Positions 25,861 to 39,083 of a stretch of DNA of 64,000 nt are shown piece after piece. The stretch comes from Paraspadella gotoi (taxonomy: Eukaryota > Animalia > Chaetognatha), in assembly GCA_051294375.1 (NCBI GenBank), contig CM119263.1, forward strand, positions 6,358,932 to 6,422,931, read 5' to 3'. Each line of letters starts with the position of its first letter. Position 1 is the first letter of the stretch. The position numbers and the translations under genes were made by a program. The notes beneath the pieces were generated by a model. The model was not told where the DNA came from. It did not search any database and saw nothing but the letters and a program-made list of their open reading frames with translations.

Positions 25861-27217
25861 ACTCTCTCTTCTCTATATTTCCTTTGCATCCGAGGAGATG
25901 TTCGTTTCGCGCTCCAAAGCCTCTCGTCCCCCTACCGCACCCCACCCCCTCCCCCTCAGCCCTTTTAGCCCAGCCGCCTCCCTTTCCAAAAAAAAAAAAA
26001 AAAATCGCGAGGCGCTAAATATTTCCGTTTCCCGGGTTTCCGAGATTTTTAACGTCCTCACATCATCATTTTCCCCTTCTTCGATTCGCCCGCTTTTCAT
26101 TGGTCGATGAGCGGAGATGACGTCATCCAGGCGTTAACCAATGGACCAATCAGAGAGTGGCCTAGAAACGGAGCCACACGCTAGTGCGCGCGCGACGTCC
26201 TACGCGTGCTGGAATGAGAGAGAGAGAGAGANNNNNNNNNNNNNNNNNNNNNNNNNAAAGTTGGCGGCCACGCAGACGACCATTCGAAAAAGAGGAGTTA
26301 TTTGACTTAATTCTTCCATTAAGTTTTACGATTGAGAGGAACGATTATGAAGTATTGAAGAGAGAGAGAGAGAGGAGAGAGAGAGAGAAGAGACGTAGAG
26401 AGAGAGAAGAGAGACGAGAGAGAGAGAGAGACAGAGCGAGAGAAAAGACGATTGGCGATAAAACGTTTTTATCGATTTCGGATTAAAAATCGCGCTCCCG
26501 AGCTGAGAGATCGCTGGCCGGAATCATTACGAGGTTTCGTCAGCGGGAGTTACAACTCCTTACTCAATTCGGCCAAGGGTAAGGAAAGGGGCTTGTACTT
26601 TTAATAAGGGGGTGGAATGGGGAAAACAGGGGAATTGACATGGTACATGGCAATGAATATTGGTATTACTGATTAATTTCAGATTGTGGAAGACACTGGG
26701 ACATTTAATTGCGTTCGAAGATGATAATATTTCTCTCTTTTTATTATATCATATTATTTATTCAAATAGTATTCTCTTGATCTCCCGATTCCGCCTTTCA
26801 CTTACTAAAAACTCGCCTTGCTCTTTGCTACCAACTTCCAAGTTTGTCTTTGCGTTTTTTTACCTCAAAAAACGTGGCGTCTCATTAGTTTTGTCATTTA
26901 ATTTAATGTTTTTAAGTACGGTCTCTATTATAATTTATTAACTTTCTATCCTATACGCGACGGGATCGCGACGGCCGTGACGGGAATTCCAAGACTCCAT
27001 CTCAAAACTGTTTTTTGTAAGTGGGGCGTGGCCTTGCGTTAAAGGAAAAGCGAAGGCAACGCCCCCTTTGAATTGATCCCAGTTCAAAATTCACTTGGGA
27101 TCAGTCCTCTCCACAGTGACTGTAAAAAGGCAACTTGTCTAATCTGCGATCGACGAAACCACTTTTTAACCTCTTCTTTAAATAATTGCGCAGATCCCAC
27201 CATTATCTCTTACCTCT

Positions 27218-27264
<47 letters not shown>

Positions 27265-29149
27265 TCTCTCTTCTCTAATAATCCTTTTGCATCCGGCAGA
27301 TGTCGTTTATCGCGCTCCAAAGCCTCATCGTCCGCCCTACCGCACCCGCACCCCCTCCCCCTCAGCCCTTTTAGCCAGCCGCCTCCCTATTCAAAAAAAA
27401 AAAAAAAAAATCGCAGAGCGCGCTAAATATTTCGTTTTCCCGGGTTTCCGTACATTGTTTAACGTTCCTCACATATCATCATTTTTCCCCTTCTTCGATT
27501 CGCCCGCTTTCATTTGGTCGAATGAGCGGAGATTGACGTCATCCAGGCGTTAACCAATGGACCAATCAGGAGAGTGCCTAGAAACGGAGCACACGCTAGG
27601 TTGCGTCGCCGCGACGCTCCTACGCGTGCTGTGAATGAGAGAGGAGAGAGAGAGAGAGAGACGAGGAGATGATGAGGTAGGAGAGAGAGAGTAGAGAGAG
27701 AGCATAGTTATCGCGTTCTCTCTCGCGCCGCTCGGGCCCTCGTCGCGTTGCGGACTGCGTCAATCTATTGGTACTTCGATGCCGGCCACTGCCTACGCCT
27801 TGCCGTCTCTCTCTCTCTCTTATTGCTGTCTCTCTCTCTGCCTAGGAGGATCGGCACGTCAGGCTTTCAAACGTTGGCTTCTTCTTCTCTCTTCTCTCTC
27901 TCTCTCTCTCTCTCCCTCTCTTCTCTCTCTCTTCCTCTCTTCCTCTCTCTCTTTCACTCTCGTAAAAAGAAAAAACAAGGTCCCCGGGGAGAAGACTCCC
28001 GCAGGTTTTCGCTTCGTCCGCTTCGTTTCTTTTTCAATGTCGTTTCTTTTTTTATTTTCGGCTTCGACGATATCGCTTTAACTTGATTAAAGAAAAAAAA
28101 AATAAATGGGAGATCCACTGGCGAGAGAAGATTACCTTTCTCTTCTTCTCTTCTTTTATCCTCTCTCTCTTTTTTCACTCGCGCTTTTATTCCCGGTTTC
28201 TTTTGGGCGTCTATCTTTGTATTTCCTCTCTTTTAGTTTTTTTATTTCTATTCTATTTTTAGCATGCGCGCCGAGTACTCGCGGAACAACTCTAAAAGTC
28301 ACTGTTTCGGTTGGGTCAGTCCGTCAGTCGGTCTGGTATATCTGTCTGCTCAGTCTTTCACCACTTCACGTCAAAAATGCTCATAACTCGCCTATAATTG
28401 ATTCTCAGAAAAAACCTTGCAAATATAAGAAACTGCATTCAGAATTCCTAAAACTATACGAATAAAAAGACGGAAATTTGGATGCAGCGCATGTCATAAA
28501 ACAAAAAGTTTTTATGTATGTCATGTCATGTCATTATCATGTGAGCAAAGGGGAAATACACGTGAAAAATAAAGTCTCACGCGGCCGCAACACATTGGAA
28601 TTACCGTTCGTTGTTCTCTCGTATTTTTTTCTCAGATATTATATTGACCCCCATCCGCATAGTCTTGTGTGGACCCTCCGTCTCATTTCTTTGTTTTTTC
28701 CCCGAGTCGTGTTGTATTTGCTCGTCTTTCTCTCCTATCTGCTCGCGAATGTTATTTTTGACGTGTGGCGCTCGCCCTTTGCTGCATTTGTACCATTTCG
28801 TACCTGTTTTCCATCTTAATTGAGCATCTAGTTCCAGTCTTCTCGCTTCTTTCCCTCTTTTTATCTTTATCTTTTTCACCTTTGGTGCCTCCATGACTCA
28901 CCTCCTAGGTTATCCCTCACCACGCTCTTCTCTTCTCTTTTCTTTCTCTCCCATTTCTTAAGCGTCTCACCTCTCTTTCGCTTGACGAGTCTGGACACTT
29001 TCTAGGGAACCTAAATGTCATCGGATCTTAACTCGATTACCTTCCCTTCTCCAGCTTCTTCTCTTTCTTACTTTTTATTGTCTCTCTTTCTTTCTTCCTT
29101 TCTTTCTTTCTTCCTTCCTTTCTTTCTTTCTTTCTTTTTTTTCTAGATT

Positions 29150-29182
<33 letters not shown>

Positions 29183-30367
29183 TTTGTCTGTCTTTCTTTC
29201 TTTCCTTACTTTTTTCCTTTCTTTTTCTCCTCTCGTTAGTCCGAGATAAGATAATCGATTTTTAACGCTTTTTTTCTCTCTAGATCGTTAAGGGTTGATT
29301 TGCAAATATCAGTCTTTTTTGATAGAAAGAGACGGAGAGAGAGAGAAAGAGNNNNNNNNNNNNNNNNNNNNNNNNNAAAGTTGGCGGCCACGCAGACGAC
29401 CATTCGAAAAAGAGGAGTTATTTGACTTAATTCTGTCCATTAAGTTTTACGATTGAGTAGGAACGGATTTATGAAGTTAGTTGAGAGAGAGAGAGGAGAG
29501 GAGAGAGAGAGGAGAGAGAGACGTAGAGAGATGAGGAGAGAGAGAGAGATGAGATGAGGAGAGAGCATGATGAGAGGAGATAAAGAGATTGGCGATAAAA
29601 CCTTTTTATCGTATTCGGATTAAAAATCGCGTCCCGAGCTGAGAGATCGCTGGCCGGAACTCATTACGAGGTTTCGATCAGCGGGAGTTACAACTGCCTT
29701 ACTCAATTCGGCCAAGGGTAAGGAAAGGGCTTGTACTTTTAATAAGGGTGGGGTGGATGGGAAAAAGGGGAATTGACATGGACATGAGCAATGAATATTG
29801 GTATTACTGATTAATTTCAGTATTGTGGAAGACACTGGGACATTTTAATTTGCGTTCGAGATTGATAATATTTCTCTCTTTTTATTTATCGATTTATTTA
29901 TCAATAGGTATTCTCTTGATCACTCGATTTCCGCCTTTCCACTTACTAAAAACTCCCGCCTTGCTCTTTGTACCAACTTCCAAGGTTTGTCTTTGCGTTT
30001 TTTTACCTCTAAAAAATCGTGGCGTCTCGATTAGTTTTGTCATTTTAATTTAATGTTTTAAGTACGGTCTCTATTATAATTTTATTAACTTTTCTATATC
30101 CTATACGGCGACGGATCGCCGGACGGCCGTGACGGGAATTCCGAAGACTCCATCTCAAACTGTTTTTTGTTAAGGGGCGTGGCCTTGCGTTAAAGGAAAG
30201 CGAAGGCAACGCCCCCTTGTGAATTGATCCCAGTTCAAAATCAGCTTTGGGATCAGTCCTCTCCCACAGTGACTGTAAAAAAGGCAACTTTCTAATCTGC
30301 GATCGACGAAACCACTTTTTTAACCTCTTTCTTTAAATAATTGCGCAGATCACATTATACTCTTACC

Positions 30368-30410
<43 letters not shown>

Positions 30411-31053
30411 TCTTTTACTCTGCTCTTCTCTAATAAAATCCTTTTCAATCCGGCAGATGTCGTTTATCCTCCAAAGCCTCATCGTCCGCCCTACCGCCCC
30501 GCACCCCTCCCCTCAGGCCCTTTTAGCCAGCCGGCCCCTATTCAAAAAAAAAATAAAAAAAAATCGTCAGGAGCCAGGCTAAATATTTCCGTTTCCCGGG
30601 TTTCCGTATTATTTTTAACGTCCTCACATCATATCATTTTTCCCCTTCTTCGATTCGCCCGCTTTCATTTTGGTCGAATGAGCGGAGATTGACGTTCATC
30701 CAGGCGTTAACCAATTGGACCAATCAGGAGAGTGCCTAGAAAACGGGCACACGCTTAGGTTGCGTCGGCGCGACGCTCCTACGTCGTGCTGTGAAATGAG
30801 AGAGGAGAGAGAGAGAGAGAGAACGAGGAGATGAGAGAGAGGAGAAGAGAGTAGAGAGAGTAGCTAGTATCGCGTTCTCTCTCGCGCGCTCGGGGCCCTC
30901 GTTCGCGTTGCGGGACTGCGTCAATCTATTGGTGACTTCGATCCGGCCACGGTGCCTACGCCTTGCCGTCTCTCTCTCTCTCTTATTGCTGTCTCTCTCT
31001 CTGCCTAGGAGATCGCTACGTCAGGCCTTTCAAACGTTTGGTCTCTCTCTTCT

Positions 31054-31110
<57 letters not shown>

Positions 31111-32560
31111 GTTCTCTCTCTTTCACTCTCGTAAAAAAGAAAAAACAAGGTCCCCGGGGAGGAAACTCCCGCAGGTTTTCGCTTCGTCGCTTCGTTTCTT
31201 TTTCAATGTCGTTTCTTTTTTTATTTCGCTTCGACGAATCGCTTTTAACTTGATTAAAGAAAAAAAAAATAAATGGGAGATTCCACTCGCTGAGAGAAGA
31301 TTACCTTTTCTTCTTCTCTTCTTTTATCCTTCTCTCCTCTTTTTTCACTCGCGCTTTTATTCCCGGTTTCTTTTGCGGGCGTCTATCTTTGTATTTCCTC
31401 TCTTTTAGTTTTTTTTATTTCTTATTCTATTTTTAGCAGCGCGCCGAGTACTCGCGGAACAACTCTAAAAGTCACTGTTTCGTGTTTGGTCGTCAGTCCG
31501 TTCAGTCTGGTCTGGTATATCTGTCTGTCTCAGTCTGTTCACCACTTACGTCAAAAATGCTCATTAACTCGCCTAATAATTGATGCTCAGAAAAAAACCT
31601 CAAATATAAGAGAACTGCTTCAGAAATTCCTAAAACTATACGAATAAAAAGACGGAAATTGGATGCCAGCGCATGTCATAAATACAAAAAGTTTTTATGT
31701 GATTGTCATGTCATTGTCATTTATCATGTGAGCAAAGGGGAAATACACGTGAAAAAATAAAGTCACTGCGGCCCGAAACACATTGGAATTACCGTTCGTT
31801 GTTTCTCTATATTTTTTTTCTCAGATATTGTTATATTTACCCCATCCGCATTAGTCTTTGTTGTGGACCCTCCGTCTCATTTCTTTGTTTTTTCCCCGAG
31901 TCGGTGTTGTATTTGCTCGTCTTTCTCTCTCTATCTCTCGCGAATGTTATTTTGAGTTGTGGCGCTCGCCCTTGCTGCATTTGTACCATTTCGTACCTGT
32001 TTTCCATCTTAATTGAGCATCTAGTTCCAGTCTTCTCGCTTCTTTCCCTCTTTTTATCTTTTTTCACCTTTGGTTGCCTCCATACTCACCTCCTAGGTTA
32101 TCCCTCACCACGCTCTTCTCTTTCTCTTTTCTTTCTCTCCCATTTCTTAAGCGTCTCACCTCTCTTTCGCTTGTACGAGTCTGGACACTTTCTAGGGAAC
32201 CCTAAATGTCAATCGGATTCTTAACTCGATTACCTTCCCTTCTCCAGCTTCTTCTCTTTCTTACTTTTATTGTTCTCTCTTTCTTTCTTCCTTTACTTTC
32301 TTTCTTCCTTTCCTTTCTTTCTTTCTTTCTTCTTTTTCTAGATTTCTATCTTTCTTTTCTTTCTTTCTTTCTGTTTCTTTTTTGTCTGTTCTTTCTTTTC
32401 TTCGCTTACTTTTTCCTTTCTTTCTCCTCTCGTTTAGTCCGAGATAGATAATACGATTTTGTTAAACGCTTTTTATTTCTCTCTAGATCGTTAAGGGTTG
32501 ATTTGCAAATATTCAGTCTTTTTTGATAGAAGAGATACGGAGAGATGAGTAGAAAGTAAG
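25070..32560 (+). repeat. ~3.1-kb tandem triplication (partial 25070-26231; 26257-29351; 29377-~32560) separated by 25-N gaps
   Basis: Copies 2 and 3 begin with identical AAAGTTGGCGGCCACGCAGACG immediately after a 25-N gap. Differences are scattered indels typical of uncorrected long reads. Confidence 0.93.
26099..26150 (+). promoter_or_regulatory. CRE + triple CCAAT-box promoter-like module (repeated at ~27513-27567 and ~30670-30724)
   Basis: ATTGG 26099, TGACGTCA 26118-26125, CCAAT 26138 and 26146 within 52 bp. The last copy lies ~2.2 kb upstream of ATG 32939. Confidence 0.4.
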
Positions 32561-32607
32561 GAAAGAGAGAGAGAGAGAGGAGGAGAGAGACGAGAGAGAG
32601 TAGATCG

Positions 32608-32641
<34 letters not shown>

Positions 32642-32733
32642 GAGAGTGTTTAATAGAGATAGAGACAGATTTTCTCTGTTTACGATCGACTGAGTCGTTT
32701 TTTCGCTCCAACGATTTTCCACGGACGAATATA

Positions 32734-32771
<38 letters not shown>

Positions 32772-32938
32772 TTCAAAGATTCCTTTTTCCTCCCTTCCCT
32801 CCAGCTTCCACCCTGACGCCAGGCGCCGGGTGTCGCCACGCCACTTTTCTTCGCCAGCGCCACCACGCGCTTGCCAGCGCCAAAAAAAATAAACAAAATA
32901 AAGAAAAGATTTAAACTTTTTCCGCCAAACAGATCGCC

Positions 32939-33688
32939 ATGTCATCCCTGGTCCTGTCCGCCCTGGACGCCTACCACGCCGGACTTCGCCAGCACAGCCC
33001 CGCGGGCATCGTCGCCGCTCCGTCGACGCCGCAACCCCGAGGGCAACGCCCCCCTAAACTGCCGCCGCGGCCCACGCCGTCCGCCCCGCCTTCCGTCGCC
33101 CACAAGCCCGTCCACCCGTCACCGACTCTGCCGCCCTCATCGCCCCTTTCCGCCGCCGCCGTCGCCGCCGCCTCCTCAGATGACGCAGCTCTATCCCCGA
33201 CGCCGCCGACGCCGCCTCCACGCCGCGACGTCGGCGGCGCCCCCGCCGCCCTTCCGTCTCTGCCGTCCTTCGATTCCGGCGTTCTTCTCGACGCCACCAT
33301 GAGTCCAGACTCTGAAGAACCTTCAAGATTTGAGTCGGCGTCCTTGGCGGCGTCGTCGACGTCTGCTTCCTTGGCGGCGTCAGCATCCTCGGCGTCCTTG
33401 GCGGCGTCGTCGACGTCTGCTTCCTTGGCGGCGTCGTCGACGTCTGCTTCCTTGGCGGCGTCAGCATCCTCGGCGTCCTTGGCGGCGTCGCTTCAACGCC
33501 AAACTCCAACTCCGTCGGCGCCGAGAAAAACTCTGGACGTCGTCGTCGATGTCGACGACGACGAACATGCCGCCCGCTCGTTTCCGCTCCGAGTTCTGCC
33601 GCCCACCGCAGAGGGCAAGATCCCGCCCAAGTCTCGCATCCCCGGCGTCGTCGTCGTGCGCACGAACACGATGACGGAAGACGACTGA
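32939..33688 (+). CDS. Pro/Ser/Ala-rich ORF (249 aa), candidate first coding exon of the downstream RING-finger gene
   Basis: ATG in good context (CGCCATG), GC-rich codon usage like the RING exons, and a 9-aa repeat kept in frame. A coding-looking frame resumes at 33696-33835 and ends at GC|GTGAGG, a phase-2 donor matching the phase-2 acceptor at 36212. Joining them requires correcting a frame break near 33686-33695. Confidence 0.45.
   Translation: MSSLVLSALDAYHAGLRQHSPAGIVAAPSTPQPRGQRPPKLPPRPTPSAPPSVAHKPVHPSPTLPPSSPLSAAAVAAASSDDAALSPTPPTPPPRRDVGGAPAALPSLPSFDSGVLLDATMSPDSEEPSRFESASLAASSTSASLAASASSASLAASSTSASLAASSTSASLAASASSASLAASLQRQTPTPSAPRKTLDVVVDVDDDEHAARSFPLRVLPPTAEGKIPPKSRIPGVVVVRTNTMTEDD
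33335..33490 (+). repeat. 27-bp coding minisatellite (SASLAASS[T/A]) x ~6
   Basis: TCCTTGGCGGCGTC core repeated every 27 bp in two sequence variants. Confidence 0.92.
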
Positions 33689-36211
33689 CCGCTGAGTGCG
33701 GCGGCCGAGCGTCGTCGACATCTCCGATCTCCGACGGTTGACGAGGCTTTCCAGGGCGGACTCCTTCGCCTCCACAGCCGAGTTGCTGCCTCCGTCCGAG
33801 GAAGGGGAGAGGGGGGAGTTCGCCGGGATTCGAGCGTGAGGAAGTGGTTAAGGTAAAAGAGAGAGAGGAACGAAAGATAGTAGCGGAAGAGGACAGAAGA
33901 TAAGTTAAGAAGAAGTGAAGATAGTGATTACGTAAAGCGGGGAAAGAGAGATAGAAAGGAAGAGGAATAGGACCAGGGACTTGGGACAAAATTAGTGCTT
34001 CCTAAAGCCTATTGGATTAAGGATGAAGTGAGAAGAGTTACGAGAAGGCTTGACGGCAATTTATTGCATAAAAAGTTGAGAGAATTGAAAGAATGAGGAA
34101 GGTTAAATTGGTTAAAATAAGTCAGGAAGAGTCGAAGAATCAAGAAAAGTGAAAAAGGGAGGGAGGATAGAGAAAAGAGTGAAGAAAGGAGAGGATAGAG
34201 AATAAAGCAAGGAAAAGAGTGGATAGAGAAAAGAGGAAAGAAAAGAGGAAAGAATTGAGAGGATAGAAAAAGGAGTATAAAGGAGAGAATGGAGAATAAA
34301 GGGAAGAAAAGAGAGGATATAGAAAATAGAAAAGAAAAGATAGTATGGACAATGGAGAAAAGATTGGATAGGGAAATGATAGTCTCGAGGGAGTAGTTGT
34401 CGTCGAAAAGCAGAAATTAGGTGAACGAAATCATGGGGGGGAAAAGAGAGGAAAAGAAAACCGAGAAAAAGTTGGGGGGCAACGGACGAACTTCGGAAGA
34501 AAGGAACAAAGGCAAAAACAATCGAACGAATGCAGTAAAGAATGACCCCCACAAAAAATAGAGAATTGTCTTTATAGTCGGTAATATCCGTCTTGCCTTT
34601 TTTCCGTTGTTCAAGGAAACTTTGTCGAATGGATAAAACGTAAAACTAAATAATTTAAAGCGCGATCCATTTTCGCGACGACAACGACGACGACGACGAC
34701 GTCGAAACCAAAATTAGATTTCCGATGAAGTTTCGCCTCAAAATCGAGTTTTCCTTCACCACTTTCACTGCCTCAACTTTGAGTTGGGTTCGGACGCCAT
34801 TTCCAACACTTTCGCTCTCACATACAACGCGCATTTCACCATCACATCGCCATTCACAATCTAACGTTACTTGTAACTTTGTAAAACTTATAAATTATTA
34901 TACTTTTCTGTTTGCTATGCTGAGTGTTCTGTTTTAACAATTTGTTGTAAAGGAAAAACACATATTACAGCCACTTGACTTTTTTTTCAAACGCGAGACG
35001 GTATTCTGGTATTTCGTTGACGCCAGACGGCCATCGTTGCAAGTCTCGTTCTCCGTTTGAACTAAAAGCCACGTTTTTTTCTTATCATTGCCTTTCCCGA
35101 TCCATTACTGTTTCAATTCTAAACCACCAACGCATCAACCATCCATTGCCCCAACCATTATTTAACGAATCAATTCCACAAGAATATTTACCATAACCCA
35201 CAACTTCCACAACCGACGCCAAATTGACGACCACAACCGTCCACTACCACAATCCCACCAAACTGCAGCCTCTCTCGATCCACTGTCATCGTGGCAACCG
35301 TCCCCGATCAGACCCCCTACCAGTGACATGAACCCCGTCGTATCTGTCACCCCCGCCACTAAAGCAAGGCACAAACGTTTTCCCCATCCATTTCCTGCGT
35401 GGCGTCGGCGGCGTCGGCGGCGTCGGCGGCGTCGGCGTCGGCAGCGGCGGCGGCAACGTCGACGTCAGAACCGTCCCACGAGCCGCCTCGCCTTCTCTCT
35501 GTTGTGATAAGGAGAAGGGAGGAATAAAAAAAAAGGACGGACTCTTTTTTTTTTTCTTGTTTTCACTCCTCCGCGTCCTTTCTTTCAAATTTGTTTTTTC
35601 ATTAAATTCCCCCCCCCGAAAAAAAAATTGAAAGTAAAAATAAATATTTTTCTCACGGGACACGATAGAAAAAGAGTGCGATTGTACGTTTTTCACCGCC
35701 CGCCAAGATGAGTTCCTTTGGATGACGCCTAACAAAAAAAAATTTTACAAAAAAAACAGCGGATGGTAATGAGAGTAAAAAACGATGACTATCTTTGTGC
35801 TCTTTGTCTCCTCTTTTTCTCATTTAGAGAGAGAAAAAAAAAAGCAAGTGATAAGAAAAATTTGTAATTCATCCCTTTATATCACGAAGGACACACGACG
35901 GCTTTGTAGGGGACTCTTTTTTTTCATTTTATTTTCTCTTTATCCTTCAATGAGTTAAAGATTAAAAAAACATTTTTTTTTGGTAAAAATAAATAAATAA
36001 GTTTTTTATCCAGTACTTGGAACCAAAGATAATTTTTATTCCGTTTTTTTTTTTTACCTTGAACAAAACTCGACCGACGCAGAAGTCGATCATGACAAGA
36101 ACAATAACTCCGTCCTCGAAGGCCGCGGACGTCCTTGAAAACGATTTCACACATTGAACGCGCACCTTACCATAACTTACCTTACCTTACAACTCCCCCC
36201 CCGCTCAATAG

Positions 36212-38262
36212 ACGAGGGCGACGAGGGAGGAGATCGCATCGCGTCCACGACTCTCTCATCCGCCCCCTGACGCTGCTGGCGGCTCCGGGGATGTTCCTCT
36301 TCCAGAAGATCAACCGCTACAAGCAGCAGCAGCAGGAGCGAGACCGGAAGAAGGTCACGGAGAAGGAGCTGCAGCAACTCAACCAGAAGATCGTGAGTGG
36401 AGCGTATTTAGATTTATCTCATTTGACGAGATTCAGTATCGTATCCCTTTTTAAGTTCATAGTCAATTTTTACATTGGTAACGACTCGTCAAAAAAACTG
36501 ACGGAACTTTTCACCCAAACCGAACAATTTTGGCGAAAAATTTTTAACAGAAACATCGTCGTATTTTTTTACGGTTCGTAGGACAAATTGTTATCCAAAA
36601 TGGAATTGGACGAAGGCGAATATCCAATGACGACGGCGGGAACGAACTACGGAACGCCCGTTGCCACCAACTCCAAGGGGGAACCCCTCGCTCCCGAGGA
36701 CGACGAGGTATCGCGTGCATCTTCGCGTGTGAGACATTTGCGCGTGCGTCTCGTACACGCTCGTTCTCGATCGATGAAAGAAGGTCGTTTTTGTTTGTTT
36801 GCCCTTTTCTTTTATCGAATTTCATTCTCCCATAACTGCCTTCTTCCTCTCGAGCTAATTTTAAACTTCATCATCGGAGTTTCTCCCTCTCTCATCCGAA
36901 GCCTTTTTGTTTAAGTTCGTTGTGGTTGGTTAATTAAGAGACTTTGTGTAATTTCTTTCTCTTGTCTCCTTAAATTTCCTGACATTTAAAGGTCTCACCT
37001 CGTCCATGTTTCTACTTCGTATATTGTTTTGTAATCATTCTTGTCATTCTTGTATTCATAATTTTTTGATCGGTAATAGTAACAGTAATAGTAATACTAC
37101 TTAGTACCATTTCTTTCTCCTCTTCAGTGCGTGGTTTGCTGCAACGCGCCGTCAACGATGCAAACGTTTCCTTGCGGACACAAGGTGGTCTGCCGCAAAT
37201 GCTTCGTGAAGACGATACAGGTGCGTTTGACCATCACATGAATAGTTCGCTCGTTTTTTCATCGTTTTTATGCGAATAATAAATTTTTCTTACGTGTCTT
37301 TACTTTTAAATCATTCCTTAACGCTTGGAAAATCACCCATGTTAATTCCTCCTTCTTTCATTCAGACTCTTACACATTCAAGATGTCTCTATGATTTGAT
37401 GTTATAAAAATTATATCGTTTCTTTATTTCTCCTTTCTCTCAACACACACGTGCCACATTCTCTTATATTCATCTCTTCGGTTTCTGCGAGTTTGACACT
37501 TACGATCCATCTTCCCAACTCGCGCGATCCCACGTTAAATTGCTTCCGACGATGGGGACATTAATCGCACGAATGTCGGCGCGACTCCAGCGCCTTCGCA
37601 ATAAGTTCTCCGCTTCTCGTTCCCCGTTCCGTCCTCGTCGCGAAAACAAATGAACATCGCGAAACGATCGCTCGATTACGTCGCCAACATTAATTTAAAA
37701 TTTAATCTCCAGTTCCCGTTTTTTTTCCTCTCGGTCGGCGACTCGGGATGGGTTGAAGACTTTATCATTACAAAGATTAATCAAAAACGCACCGCGTACA
37801 TGGAGACATTGTTTGACGCCGTTCGTCGTCAAGGTCCGATCCGACGAACTCGTGGACGCGCGACTTGGCGAGTTTATAACTGATCGAGAACGAGGAAGCG
37901 GAAACAGTGACGCCGCGTGATAAGCGTGAAGAAGCGGCGGCGCGAGAAATCACTTTCAATCACCGCGGATCGTTAATCTTCTTCTTGAACTAATTTCTTT
38001 CTTCTTTTTTACATTTTTTTTTCTAATCTTTCTCTTCCTTTCATTTGATCTTTTTTTCTTTCTCTCTTTTCTCTCTCTTCTTTTCAATTCCTCTTTCTTT
38101 AAATCTTTCTTTCCATCTTTATAAATCATTCTTTCTGTCTTTAATACATATTTTAATATTTCTAGATTTCTTTCTTCTTCATCCTTTCTTATAGCCTATC
38201 TTGGTATTAATTCTTCGGCCCTCTGAAGATCTCTCTCTCTCTTCTCTCTCTTCTCCTCTCTC

Positions 38263-38297
<35 letters not shown>

Positions 38298-38533
38298 TTC
38301 TCGTCTCTCTCATTCTCTCTCTCTCCGTCTCTCTCTCTCTCTCTCTCTCTCATTTTCTCTCTCCAAATTGCGGTCAAAGATTTTTCGTCCTTTAATTCCT
38401 CAAAGATCCCTCTTCATTGGTTCCCGCTCCTCCCCTTTATGACGTCATAGATCGGCGATTCGGCCATAAATTATTTGGCGCCGAAATGACGTCGCCTCTG
38501 AATCGATTAATCATGGCGTCGGCCTTTTTCACC

Positions 38534-38618
<85 letters not shown>

Positions 38619-38698
38619 CTCTCTCATGCGGGGTGACGTTAGTGAATGTTTACGACAGGCCATCGTCTAATAAAACCCGGCGGAAAGAATGCCACTAT

Positions 38699-38786
<88 letters not shown>

Positions 38787-39015
38787 GAAGAAAAAAAAAA
38801 ATGTTTCGGACCGGTCGCGCCTTCGACCTTGGCCGGAAACGCGCCCGAGATCTCCGAGTGACAAGGACGGGGCCTAGAGGTCGAGAGGGGGCGTGAGGGG
38901 GGCGGGGCGCGGCCGAGTGGATCATGGAAGGGCGGAGCTCAATTTCGGGGTCGTTGAGAAGGAAAGCGGCGCTACCCCGGGCTGTTGGGTGGTGGTGGGT
39001 GGCTCGGGTGGGGGG

Positions 39016-39083
<68 letters not shown>

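Noticed and set aside
33054-33989. 311-aa minus-strand ORF and other ORFs overlapping real exons in antisense (8985-9338, 12587-12934, 13336-13710)
   Set aside because: These are shadow ORFs expected opposite GC-rich coding sequence.
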